A stretch of 64,000 bases of DNA, taken from assembly GCA_021513695.1 (NCBI GenBank), contig CP084166.1, positions 1,952,001 through 2,016,000 on the forward strand. The letters run 5' to 3'. Under the pieces are notes generated by a model, which saw only the letters and a list, made by a program, of their open reading frames with translations, was not told the origin of the DNA and searched no databases. Of this stretch, positions 10,832 through 19,604 are shown in pieces. How positions within the stretch are numbered: position 1 is the first letter of the stretch; each line of letters starts with the position of its first letter. The DNA comes from Candidatus Heimdallarchaeum aukensis. Lineage in GTDB: Archaea; Asgardarchaeota; Heimdallarchaeia; Heimdallarchaeales; Heimdallarchaeaceae. A program made the translations under genes and the position numbers.

Positions 10832-11140
10832 TCATTGTACTGCATTCAATATGTCACTATCTCCTGTTTCATAAATAGTTAAAGCAGAAACAAAATGTGG
10901 TCTTCCACAAGTAGCACCAAGATCTAATGTTGAACTAGGAAATGTTAAAACGGGTGTATTTGACATTTTTGCGTAATATTCAATATCAGATTTTACATTT
11001 TTTGGTGTATTTTCTGCAATAATAACTAATTTAGCTTTATTGTTTAATAGTGCATTAATAGCTGATTTTGCACCAAAATCAACTTTACCCGTATCTACGG
11101 CGATTCTAATACTCCGGTTTAAATCCATCTCATTATTCAC
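10832..11140 (-). CDS. rpl30e: ribosomal protein L30e
   Basis: 102 aa. KLVIIAEN...IEYYAKMSNTPV...GATCGRP matches the L30e/L7Ae fold family. Confidence 0.75.
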   Translation of the reverse strand: MNNEMDLNRSIRIAVDTGKVDFGAKSAINALLNNKAKLVIIAENTPKNVKSDIEYYAKMSNTPVLTFPSSTLDLGATCGRPHFVSALTIYETGDSDILNAVQ

Positions 11141-11381
11141 CTTGATTGGACTGTTAGATTTTTAGTTATAAAGATTATTAATAATGACAAAATTTTGGCA
11201 ATAATTATTATTCTAAATCCGAGTCTTCTTTTATTTCTTTCAATATCTAGAAAATAATGTTCTAATAAAGCTAGTTACAATCTTAACAATAAGAAATTCA
11301 AACAAAAAATTAACAAAAAACGTTTATCTCGTAGTGCGAAATGTTTAAAAGAACCAATGTTTTTCAAAAAATGAGAATATT

Positions 11382-11816
11382 ATGACGAAAAGATTACCGT
11401 GGATACTTCCGGGCATAAGAAGACCTAAATTTAATCTTCATCAAGTAACATTTCGAATACCCACTGAAATTCCACAAAGTGTTTGGTATTTTATAGTATA
11501 TGGAATAATATTTTACATTTTCAGTGGTGGAGCTTATGATATCGTCAATAAAGATTATATTGCTCCATTGGGAAGTGGATCGCAAGGACAACCTCTTTTT
11601 GTTTATCCTGCCACACAAGCACAATTTCTTATTGAAGGAATAGTAGCTGGTTTTATCATTGCCTTTGCAGCTTTAAGTTTATACTTATTTGATTATGCAA
11701 CAAGATTTACCTTTGATGTGAACACGGCACAAAAAATTGAAGTAATAGCTTCAATATTTGTTTTAATCTGGTATGTTGTTATAGTGCTTTTATACAAGAA
11801 AAAAACAGGAGGATAA
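11382..11816 (+). CDS. hypothetical membrane protein (about 3 TM)
   Basis: Three hydrophobic helices. No family recognised. Confidence 0.45.
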   Translation: MTKRLPWILPGIRRPKFNLHQVTFRIPTEIPQSVWYFIVYGIIFYIFSGGAYDIVNKDYIAPLGSGSQGQPLFVYPATQAQFLIEGIVAGFIIAFAALSLYLFDYATRFTFDVNTAQKIEVIASIFVLIWYVVIVLLYKKKTGG

Positions 11817-11931
11817 TTTTTTTTCATATTTTTTTCTCGTTTAATTTTTTCATTAATCAAAATGTTCAAAAGACTGCACTCGAGAGTGCAATTAGCCTTA
11901 TGAAAACTACATTTACAAAGGTGCTTAATGA

Positions 11932-14643
11932 ATGAGTGAGAAATACGTCTATAGATTTTTTTCAAAAGAAAAATGTGAAGGTTCTGCAGAAATGAAAAGC
12001 TTATTGGGAGGCAAAGGAGCAAATCTTGCCCAGATGACTAGTTTAGGTCTACCTGTACCTCCAGGCTTTGTGATTTCTACAAAAGCTTGTTTACATTTTC
12101 TAGCTAATAACAATGAGTATCCCGAAGGGTTAAGCGAACAAATAGAAGAAGCATTGACTGAATTAGAACAAGTCAATGGTAAAAAATTAGGAGATAATGA
12201 AGATCCACTCCTAGTTTCTGTAAGAAGTGGTGCTGCAATATCAATGCCTGGAATGATGGATACTGTACTTAATCTAGGACTAAATGATGTATCAGTCGAA
12301 GGATTAGCAAAGAAGACTAATAACCCACGTTTTGCTTACGACGCATATAGACGTTTTATTTATATGTTCGCAGATGTTGTAATGGGTCTCTCTAAAGATT
12401 ATTTTGAAAAAGAATTAGAAAAGATGAAAGAAAAACAAGGAGTGAAATTCGATTCAGAACTTAGTGCAGAATCACTAAAGGAACTGGTTGAGATAAATAA
12501 AAAAGTATATGAGGAGCATCTAGGAGAGCCATTTCCACAAGATCCAAAAGAACAATTAGATAAAGCAATAAGAGCAGTATTTAATAGCTGGAACAATAAA
12601 AGAGCTATTGATTACCGCAATTATCATGGAATTAGCCATGATCTAGGAACAGCAGTAAATGTCCAAACTATGGTTTTTGGAAATATGGGGGATGACTCTG
12701 CAACAGGTGTTGCATTTACAAGAAATCCTTCTACTGGAGAAAAACAAGTTTATGGTGAATATTTAGTAAATGCTCAAGGTGAAGATGTAGTTGCAGGAAT
12801 TCGAACTCCTGAACCAATAAGCCACTTAAAAGATCATATGCCAGAAGTTTACAATCAATTAATAGAACTAGCTCAATTGTTAGAAAATAGATATAGAGAT
12901 ATGCAAGACATGGAGTTTACTATTCAACAAGGAAAACTATATCTTCTACAAACAAGAAATGGAAAAAGAACAGGTATAGCCGCAGGAAAAATTGCTTATG
13001 ATCTAGTACAAGAAGGATTAATAACTAAAGAAGAAGCAATATTGAGAATTAGTGCAAGTGACGTAGACAATTGTCTGTTTCCTAGCATTAATTGGGCTCA
13101 AATAAATCCAAATGCTCCAATAAAAAGCATAAAAGCAGAATTAAAGAAGAGGCAACTTGGAAAAGGATTACCTGCCGGAGCTGCAGCTGCTTGTGGAATT
13201 GCATATTTTACAGCTGATGGAGCAAAAGAAGCTGCAGACAGAGGAGAAGATACAATACTAATTAGAGTAGAAACAACTCCAGAAGATTTTCATGGTATGG
13301 CTGCATCAAAAGGAATTCTAACAATGAAAGGGGGATTAACTTCACACGCAGCAATAGTAGCTAGACAAATAGGAAAAGCATGTATTGTTGGTAGTGAAAG
13401 AGGAGGAATAACTATTGATCTTGAAGCTAAAGAAGTTCGTGGAAATGGACTAGTAGTCAAAGAAGGAGAATGGATAACAATTGATGGAACAGATGGAGCA
13501 ATCTACCAAGGAAAACTACCAACTACTCCAGCAGAATTACCAGAAGGAATGCAAAAAATACTTGAATGGGCAGATGAATACGCAAAATTAAAAGTAAGAG
13601 CAAACGCAGATAAGCCAGACCAATTCAGAAAAGCAATAGAATTTGGAGCAACGGGAATAGGATTATGCAGAACAGAGCATATGTTCTTTGACCACTTAGA
13701 CATAGTAAGAGAAATGATATTAGCACGTTCTGAAGAGGAAAGAAAAATAGCAGTAGATAAACTAGAACCATTCCAAGAAAAAGATTTCGAAGGATTATTC
13801 GAAGCAGCAGAAGGAAGACCAGTAATAATCAGATTAATTGATCCACCATTGCATGAGTTTCTACCAAGTGAAGAAGAATTACTAATAGAGATTTATGAAG
13901 CAAGATTAGCAGGAAAAACAGAAGAAGATCTTAAAGAACAATACAACATGCTAGAACACGTACGTCTAATGAAAGAACAAAACCCAATGCTTGGACTAAG
14001 AGGATGCAGACTAGGAATAACTATGCCTATAGTAACAGAAATGCAAAGTAGAGCAATATTCAGAGCAGCTGCAAAAGTTAAGAAAAAAGGAATAGAAGTG
14101 ATGCCAGAAGTAATGGTACCCTTAGTAGGATTTGAAACAGAGTTTAAACATCAAAGAAAAATAATCGATAGAATAGCTAAAGAAATAATGGAAAAAGAAG
14201 GAGTAGAATTCAAATATCTAGTAGGAACAATGATAGAAGTACCAAGAGCAGCAATAACAGCAGCAGATATAGCAAAAGGAGAAAAAGGAGCAGAATTCTT
14301 CAGCTTCGGAACAAATGATCTACATCAAATGACACTAGGATTTAGCAGAGATGATGCAGGGCCATTTATTAACAAGTACCTAAGTTTAGACATAATGCCA
14401 GCAGACCCATTCGTAACAATAGACCAGGTGGGCGTAGGAAGACTAATGCAACTATGTGTAAGTGAAGGAAGGTTAACAAAACCAGATCTGGAAATAGGCA
14501 TATGCGGGGAACAAGGTGGTGAACCAAAATCAATTGAATTCTGCCACAAAATAGGATTAAATTATGTTTCTTGCAGTCCTTTCCGTGTCCCAATAGCCAG
14601 ACTTGCTGCTGCTCATTCCGCATTAAAAGATACAAAGAAATAA
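11932..14643 (+). CDS. ppdK: pyruvate, phosphate dikinase
   Basis: N-terminal LLGGKGANLAQM...GLPVPPGF, the catalytic His loop GGLTSHAAIVAR, and a C-terminal PEP-utilising TIM-barrel domain. 903 aa. Confidence 0.9.
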   Translation: MSEKYVYRFFSKEKCEGSAEMKSLLGGKGANLAQMTSLGLPVPPGFVISTKACLHFLANNNEYPEGLSEQIEEALTELEQVNGKKLGDNEDPLLVSVRSGAAISMPGMMDTVLNLGLNDVSVEGLAKKTNNPRFAYDAYRRFIYMFADVVMGLSKDYFEKELEKMKEKQGVKFDSELSAESLKELVEINKKVYEEHLGEPFPQDPKEQLDKAIRAVFNSWNNKRAIDYRNYHGISHDLGTAVNVQTMVFGNMGDDSATGVAFTRNPSTGEKQVYGEYLVNAQGEDVVAGIRTPEPISHLKDHMPEVYNQLIELAQLLENRYRDMQDMEFTIQQGKLYLLQTRNGKRTGIAAGKIAYDLVQEGLITKEEAILRISASDVDNCLFPSINWAQINPNAPIKSIKAELKKRQLGKGLPAGAAAACGIAYFTADGAKEAADRGEDTILIRVETTPEDFHGMAASKGILTMKGGLTSHAAIVARQIGKACIVGSERGGITIDLEAKEVRGNGLVVKEGEWITIDGTDGAIYQGKLPTTPAELPEGMQKILEWADEYAKLKVRANADKPDQFRKAIEFGATGIGLCRTEHMFFDHLDIVREMILARSEEERKIAVDKLEPFQEKDFEGLFEAAEGRPVIIRLIDPPLHEFLPSEEELLIEIYEARLAGKTEEDLKEQYNMLEHVRLMKEQNPMLGLRGCRLGITMPIVTEMQSRAIFRAAAKVKKKGIEVMPEVMVPLVGFETEFKHQRKIIDRIAKEIMEKEGVEFKYLVGTMIEVPRAAITAADIAKGEKGAEFFSFGTNDLHQMTLGFSRDDAGPFINKYLSLDIMPADPFVTIDQVGVGRLMQLCVSEGRLTKPDLEIGICGEQGGEPKSIEFCHKIGLNYVSCSPFRVPIARLAAAHSALKDTKK

Positions 14644-14678
14644 TCACTTTTTTCTTCTTTTTTATTAGATTAAATTTT

Positions 14679-15737
14679 TTATTTTAAGAGTTTTAAAAGG
14701 ATTTTTTTTCTATTTTCAGTTTCTTCAGAAAAATATTCTGGAAATTTTTCTTTTATTTCGTTTTTCCATTCTTTTTTAGAGATAGAATTAGAAAATTTGA
14801 ATGGAAACAACTCATTAGCTATTTTAAACAGGCGTGCTTGCTCAATATAGCTAAAGAAATCTTTTTTGTTTGTTTTTGTCAAAGAAATGCCTATCTGGTG
14901 GTGGTTACCTTTTTTTCTTATTTTTGCTTTAATCCCAACTTCTGATAAGAGTTTTATCAGATACTTTTGTTCTTCAAACGTAAAGTTATTTGTACATAAG
15001 GATAAATCAGTACCTGAAAAATAACCGTCGTCAATATACCAAAATAATAAAACAGTTGGTGTTAGAGTAAGATCTTTTTTCAAAACCTTTTTTGTTTTAC
15101 CTAATTTATTTGAATACCAATTTTCCCAATAACTAAAAAATTCTACAGAGGAAGAAGTATCAAAGCCACAAGACCATTTTATTGATTCTGTATTACTCGG
15201 TTTAACAAATACCTTTAGTTTCGTAAAACTGCTAAATAGAGGAATAAGAGTTTTAATCCACTGAAACTCTAATATAGATTTATGGATTCTTAATGCAGCA
15301 GTATTTACTTTTGAGATTTTAGATACACATTTATTCCAATTAGAGATATCTGTGTTAGTTATAGCTTTTCCTTCATTTACTTTCTTTCTTAATTTTTCGG
15401 CTCTATCCAATAAACGGAGATATTCTGACAAAAGAGGTTGCTTCTTACTCGCTTGCAATTTTGTTTGCAATCGTAAATTTGCGTCTCCCAACATCATTCC
15501 TTCAATGATTTCTTGTATCTCTAAAGGGATAGGATGTGTAAATTCCTTGTTAATATGGTTTCTAGTTTTCGTCCAAAGTGAACCAGGAAAAGGTATTTTC
15601 AAACCCATTGAAGTTAAAAGAGGTTTTATAGTTCTTGGATCTTTATTCAATTCTTTTCCAATTACCTTTATTCCCTTTAATTCACCAACATACATTTTTA
15701 ACAGTTTTTTTTGTATTTCTGTTATTTCTAATGTCAT
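14679..15737 (-). CDS. free-standing LAGLIDADG-family homing-endonuclease-like protein
   Basis: Two LAGLIDADG-like motifs: GMMLGDANL at about aa 70 and LLFWYIDDGYFS at about aa 225. Not embedded in an intron or intein. Confidence 0.45.
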   Translation of the reverse strand: MTLEITEIQKKLLKMYVGELKGIKVIGKELNKDPRTIKPLLTSMGLKIPFPGSLWTKTRNHINKEFTHPIPLEIQEIIEGMMLGDANLRLQTKLQASKKQPLLSEYLRLLDRAEKLRKKVNEGKAITNTDISNWNKCVSKISKVNTAALRIHKSILEFQWIKTLIPLFSSFTKLKVFVKPSNTESIKWSCGFDTSSSVEFFSYWENWYSNKLGKTKKVLKKDLTLTPTVLLFWYIDDGYFSGTDLSLCTNNFTFEEQKYLIKLLSEVGIKAKIRKKGNHHQIGISLTKTNKKDFFSYIEQARLFKIANELFPFKFSNSISKKEWKNEIKEKFPEYFSEETENRKKILLKLLK

Positions 15738-15891
15738 AGTAATTTCTTTCCTGTTGAAAACTGCAGATTTAACTACTTAATGCCCGGGTATTTATTTTCA
15801 ATAAGCTATTTATTATTAACTTAATTTATTCTAACTGTTCAAAAAAAGATTATACCAAATGACTTTATAATACAATTATTAATTTTTATCT

Positions 15892-17577
15892 ATGAAAGTG
15901 GCTATTGCACAAATCAACCCCACAGTTGGAGATTTAGAAAGGAATTACAAAAAAATTGTCAATTATACTAAAGAAGCTTATGAAAATGGTGCAAACATAG
16001 TTATTTTTCCAGAAGGATCTATACCTGGTTATCCAGCCAATGATTTAATGTTAGAAAAATCATTCATTAGGGAAAACAAGAATTATCTGATGAAAGCTGT
16101 AAACGAAAGTCCAGATATTGTTACCATTGTAGGGTTTATTGATTATAACCAAGAATACAAGCTCTATAATTGTGCAGCGATATATAAGTCTGGAAAAATA
16201 ATAGGAACCATAAAAAAGACTTTACTTCCAACATATGATGTTTTTGATGAGTTAAGATATTTTATTCCAGCAAAAAGAGAAGAGATAAAACCTGTAAAAG
16301 TTGAAATTGGAGGGAAAACGATTAATCTGGGGGTTGAAATTTGTGAAGATCTATGGGATCATGATTATGAAACCAAAGTAACAGAATTACTTGTTGAAAG
16401 AGGAGCTGAACTTATAATAAATATCTCTGCTTCACCATATTTTGTAGGAAAAGGAATTGAAAGAGAAGAATTAATCAAAGAAAAAGTTAGAAAAACGAAC
16501 ACACCCTTTGTTTATTGTAACTTAGTGGGAGGACAAGATGAGCTAGTATTCGATGGGCAAAGTTTGATAGTAAATAAAAATGCTCAAACAATCTATTATG
16601 GAAAAAAGTTTGAGGAAGAGTTATCCATAATAGAATTAGATTTAGAAAGAGGTAATGAAAAACCTGAAGAAAGACCTCTATACAATAGAGAGGAAGAGTT
16701 TTACAATGCTATAGTCTTAGGAATAAGAGATTATTTTAGGAAAACAGGCTTTAAGAAAGCAATTTTAGGATTAAGTGGAGGGATTGATTCATCTTTAGTA
16801 GCTTGTTTAGCATGTGACGCATTAGGAAAGAACAATGTAATAGGAGTATCCATGCCTTCAAAATACTCTAGTGACCATAGTAAAAGTGACGCAGAGCAAC
16901 TAGCAAATAATTTAGGAATAGTATATCTTAAATTTTCAATCCAAGACATTGTTGACATGTATTCAAGAGTTCTAGAAGAGCCATTAAAAAAAGTAAGAGA
17001 ATATTATAAAGTGTCAGAAGAAGAGGATAACAGTGTAGCAGATGAAAATATACAGCCAAGAGTAAGAGCGAACTGTTTAATGGATTTTTCAAATAGATTA
17101 TCAAAATTAGGTATTCTCGTTTTAAACACAGGAAATAAAACAGAATTAGCATTAGGATATTGCACAATATATGGAGATATGACAGGGGGACTAAGTGTAA
17201 TAGGAGATGTAAATAAATTAGATGTATATAAACTTGCAAAATATGTTAATATAAGAGAGAAAAAAGAGATCATACCAGAAAATGTATTCAGAAAAAAACC
17301 TTCTGCAGAACTAAAAGAAAATCAATATGACCCATTCAATTTTGATATAGTAAGTCCATTAGTAGATGAAATAATTGAAAACAGGAGAACAAAAAAAGAA
17401 TTAGAAGAAATGGGTTATCCTAGGGAAGAAATAGATAACGTGTATGAAAGAATAAGAAAAGCAGAATATAAGAGATGGCAAGCTCCGCCAACAATAAAAG
17501 TAACAAAAAGAGCTTTTGGAATAGGTTGGAAAATGCCAATAGTAAACAAATATACTGACAAATACGAAGAAGTGTAA
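15892..17577 (+). CDS. nadE: glutamine-dependent NAD+ synthetase (nitrilase + NadE domains)
   Basis: N-terminal CN-hydrolase domain (VAIAQINPTVGD...FPEG) and C-terminal PP-loop LGLSGGIDSS. Confidence 0.9.
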   Translation: MKVAIAQINPTVGDLERNYKKIVNYTKEAYENGANIVIFPEGSIPGYPANDLMLEKSFIRENKNYLMKAVNESPDIVTIVGFIDYNQEYKLYNCAAIYKSGKIIGTIKKTLLPTYDVFDELRYFIPAKREEIKPVKVEIGGKTINLGVEICEDLWDHDYETKVTELLVERGAELIINISASPYFVGKGIEREELIKEKVRKTNTPFVYCNLVGGQDELVFDGQSLIVNKNAQTIYYGKKFEEELSIIELDLERGNEKPEERPLYNREEEFYNAIVLGIRDYFRKTGFKKAILGLSGGIDSSLVACLACDALGKNNVIGVSMPSKYSSDHSKSDAEQLANNLGIVYLKFSIQDIVDMYSRVLEEPLKKVREYYKVSEEEDNSVADENIQPRVRANCLMDFSNRLSKLGILVLNTGNKTELALGYCTIYGDMTGGLSVIGDVNKLDVYKLAKYVNIREKKEIIPENVFRKKPSAELKENQYDPFNFDIVSPLVDEIIENRRTKKELEEMGYPREEIDNVYERIRKAEYKRWQAPPTIKVTKRAFGIGWKMPIVNKYTDKYEEV

Positions 17578-17607
17578 TAGAGTAGAAAAAGAAAAGAAGG
17601 AAAAAAG

Positions 17608-18240
17608 ATGTTGGAAGAAATAGTTAAACAATGTCTGAAAAGAGGAAATTTAACACATATTGTAGGGCCACCAAAATCAGGAAAAAATACACTGTTATAT
17701 CATTTGGTATCAAAAGTGCGTAAAGGAGAGAAGGCAATAATTATTGATGCAGAAATAAGCGTGAGTGTTCAAAGACTTATAGAAATAACAAAATTCAAAG
17801 AAATCGAACTAGAAAGAATAATAATAATACAAACAAAAAATAGTTATGAGCAACACAAAACAGTGTTAAACCTGCATAATTTGATAGGTAGTAGAAAAAT
17901 AAAATTCATAGCAATAAATGGAATAACAAACCATTTCAGAAATAACGGAATAAAAATAGGAAAAGCAAATAAATACAATATTTTAGCCCTTCAAGTAGCA
18001 TATCTGAAAGAATTCGCAAAAAAAATGAAAATAGCAGTAATTGTAACAAATCAAATGAAAGGAGAAAGGGATAAATTCAGAGCTAGTATGGGGATAGTGG
18101 GTAAAAAAATCTTTGAAAAATATGTTGACACAACATTCGAAATTAATCAAGTAAATGAAAAATTATGGTCAATAAATAGCGATAAGAATTTTAGAAGTTT
18201 ATATTTAATCACAGAAGAAGGAATAAAGGTTTTAGATTAA
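17608..18240 (+). CDS. RadB/KaiC-like RecA-superfamily ATPase
   Basis: Walker A GPPKSGKNTL and a hhhhTNQ motif. About 210 aa, typical of RadB. Confidence 0.55.
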   Translation: MLEEIVKQCLKRGNLTHIVGPPKSGKNTLLYHLVSKVRKGEKAIIIDAEISVSVQRLIEITKFKEIELERIIIIQTKNSYEQHKTVLNLHNLIGSRKIKFIAINGITNHFRNNGIKIGKANKYNILALQVAYLKEFAKKMKIAVIVTNQMKGERDKFRASMGIVGKKIFEKYVDTTFEINQVNEKLWSINSDKNFRSLYLITEEGIKVLD

Positions 18241-18260
18241 AATAAGCAATTAAGAAAATC

Positions 18261-18367
18261 TGGAGCCCCGAGGGGGGATTTCAAGCTTTTGCTCACAACA
18301 AAGAGCTATTTGAACCCCCGACCTTTACCTTACCAAGGTAACGCTCTACCAGCTGAGCTATCGAGGC
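18261..18367 (-). tRNA. tRNA-Thr (anticodon GGU) with a ~30-nt insertion in the T-arm (putative non-canonical intron)
   Basis: Cloverleaf folded by hand: acceptor GCCTCGA/TCGGGGC, D-arm GCTC-AGCTGGTA-GAGC, anticodon arm TTACC-TTGGTAA-GGTAA, T-stem GGGGG/CCCCC, encoded CCA. An AGCTC...TTGAAAT block with an internal hairpin sits inside the T-loop. One extra C leaves the exact exon/intron junction ambiguous. Confidence 0.6.
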
Positions 18368-18525
18368 TCGTAGTTGTTTCCTTAAGATAATTTATCCTTA
18401 ACGGATTTTCATCTCGAATATTTTTTAAACCTTATGATTGAGAATATTCCAATTTCCTCAAAGGGCGAAAACTCTAAATATAGTTCTTTTTATTTGCACT
18501 CAAAACAAGTATAAAGGAGATTCTA

Positions 18526-19578
18526 ATGAAATTTAAGACTCTTGCTTTCTTAATTCTTATAATGTCACCTTTTATTATGACAACAAAAGGACAATTTATT
18601 TTAGCTGCACCTAACACAGAAAAAGAATATGTGATCTTATTTGATGAATCACATGGCCAATATTTTAACCGTACTTTGATGAAAAGTGCTTTAAGTGCCA
18701 TAAATGATAGTTTAAATGTAAGATTTATCTTTTTCAATGAGTCGAAATTTAATTCTACTAATCTTCAGGGTGTTGATTTAGTTATTATTGGAAATCCTGG
18801 AATATACAAGAATTACAATTTGTCTTCGGAAGAGGTTGAGGTTATTCAAGATTATGTTGAAGCAGGAGGTTCATTATTTCTACTTGCTAATCCACTTTCT
18901 TCTGATACAAATATTACAGGACATGTTTCTTCCTTCAACGACATACTTAGTGCAAGATTATCAAAACTATCCTCAGCCAGATTCAGAACAGGATTAGATA
19001 AAAGTTCAACAGTTATAATGGATGATTATCATAATAAATATAATAATGAATCTTTTCTTTCAATAGTCAATTACAATACCTCTGATAATGAGTTTCTTGA
19101 AAAAAATAAGATTTTTGAGCAAACAAGTAAAGTTGAGAATTTAACAGTTTATTCTACTGCAATATCTTTTGACAGACCAGAAAAAGAAAACGCTATAGGT
19201 CGAACAGAAATAACTAGTTACGCATTAGAGAAAGATGGTTCAATCGTTCAAGATATGATAAATGGTTTTCTTGTTTGGTTATTTGCTAAAGAAATAGGAA
19301 ATGCACGAATAGTTCTTTCTGGTTCAACTATTATGTTCAGTGACTTGATAATTTATGAAGATCAGAAGTTTATTGATGAAGAACAAAACAAAGAACTATG
19401 GTTAAACTTAATCAACTGGTTACTACATATAACTCCTTATGAAGAAAGAAATCCTATAGCCATGCCTTTCTACGCTTTAGTTTTGTTAGCTTTAGGTTTT
19501 GCCGCAGTGGTTTTCGTTATCGCTTTATTGTTGTATAGTTACAAAAAACAAAAGAAAATAAATATAAAAATTAAGTAG
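18526..19578 (+). CDS. secreted / surface-anchored protein with many N-glycosylation sequons
   Basis: N-terminal signal peptide, nine or more N-x-S/T sequons, and a C-terminal TM helix followed by a KKQKK tail. Confidence 0.5.
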   Translation: MKFKTLAFLILIMSPFIMTTKGQFILAAPNTEKEYVILFDESHGQYFNRTLMKSALSAINDSLNVRFIFFNESKFNSTNLQGVDLVIIGNPGIYKNYNLSSEEVEVIQDYVEAGGSLFLLANPLSSDTNITGHVSSFNDILSARLSKLSSARFRTGLDKSSTVIMDDYHNKYNNESFLSIVNYNTSDNEFLEKNKIFEQTSKVENLTVYSTAISFDRPEKENAIGRTEITSYALEKDGSIVQDMINGFLVWLFAKEIGNARIVLSGSTIMFSDLIIYEDQKFIDEEQNKELWLNLINWLLHITPYEERNPIAMPFYALVLLALGFAAVVFVIALLLYSYKKQKKINIKIK

Positions 19579-19604
19579 AAGATATTTCATTTTTTATTTT
19601 TTTA

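Noticed and set aside
16928-17273. Leu/Tyr/His-rich ORFs antisense to nadE
   Set aside because: They are low-complexity translations of the AT-rich antisense strand of a well-supported gene.
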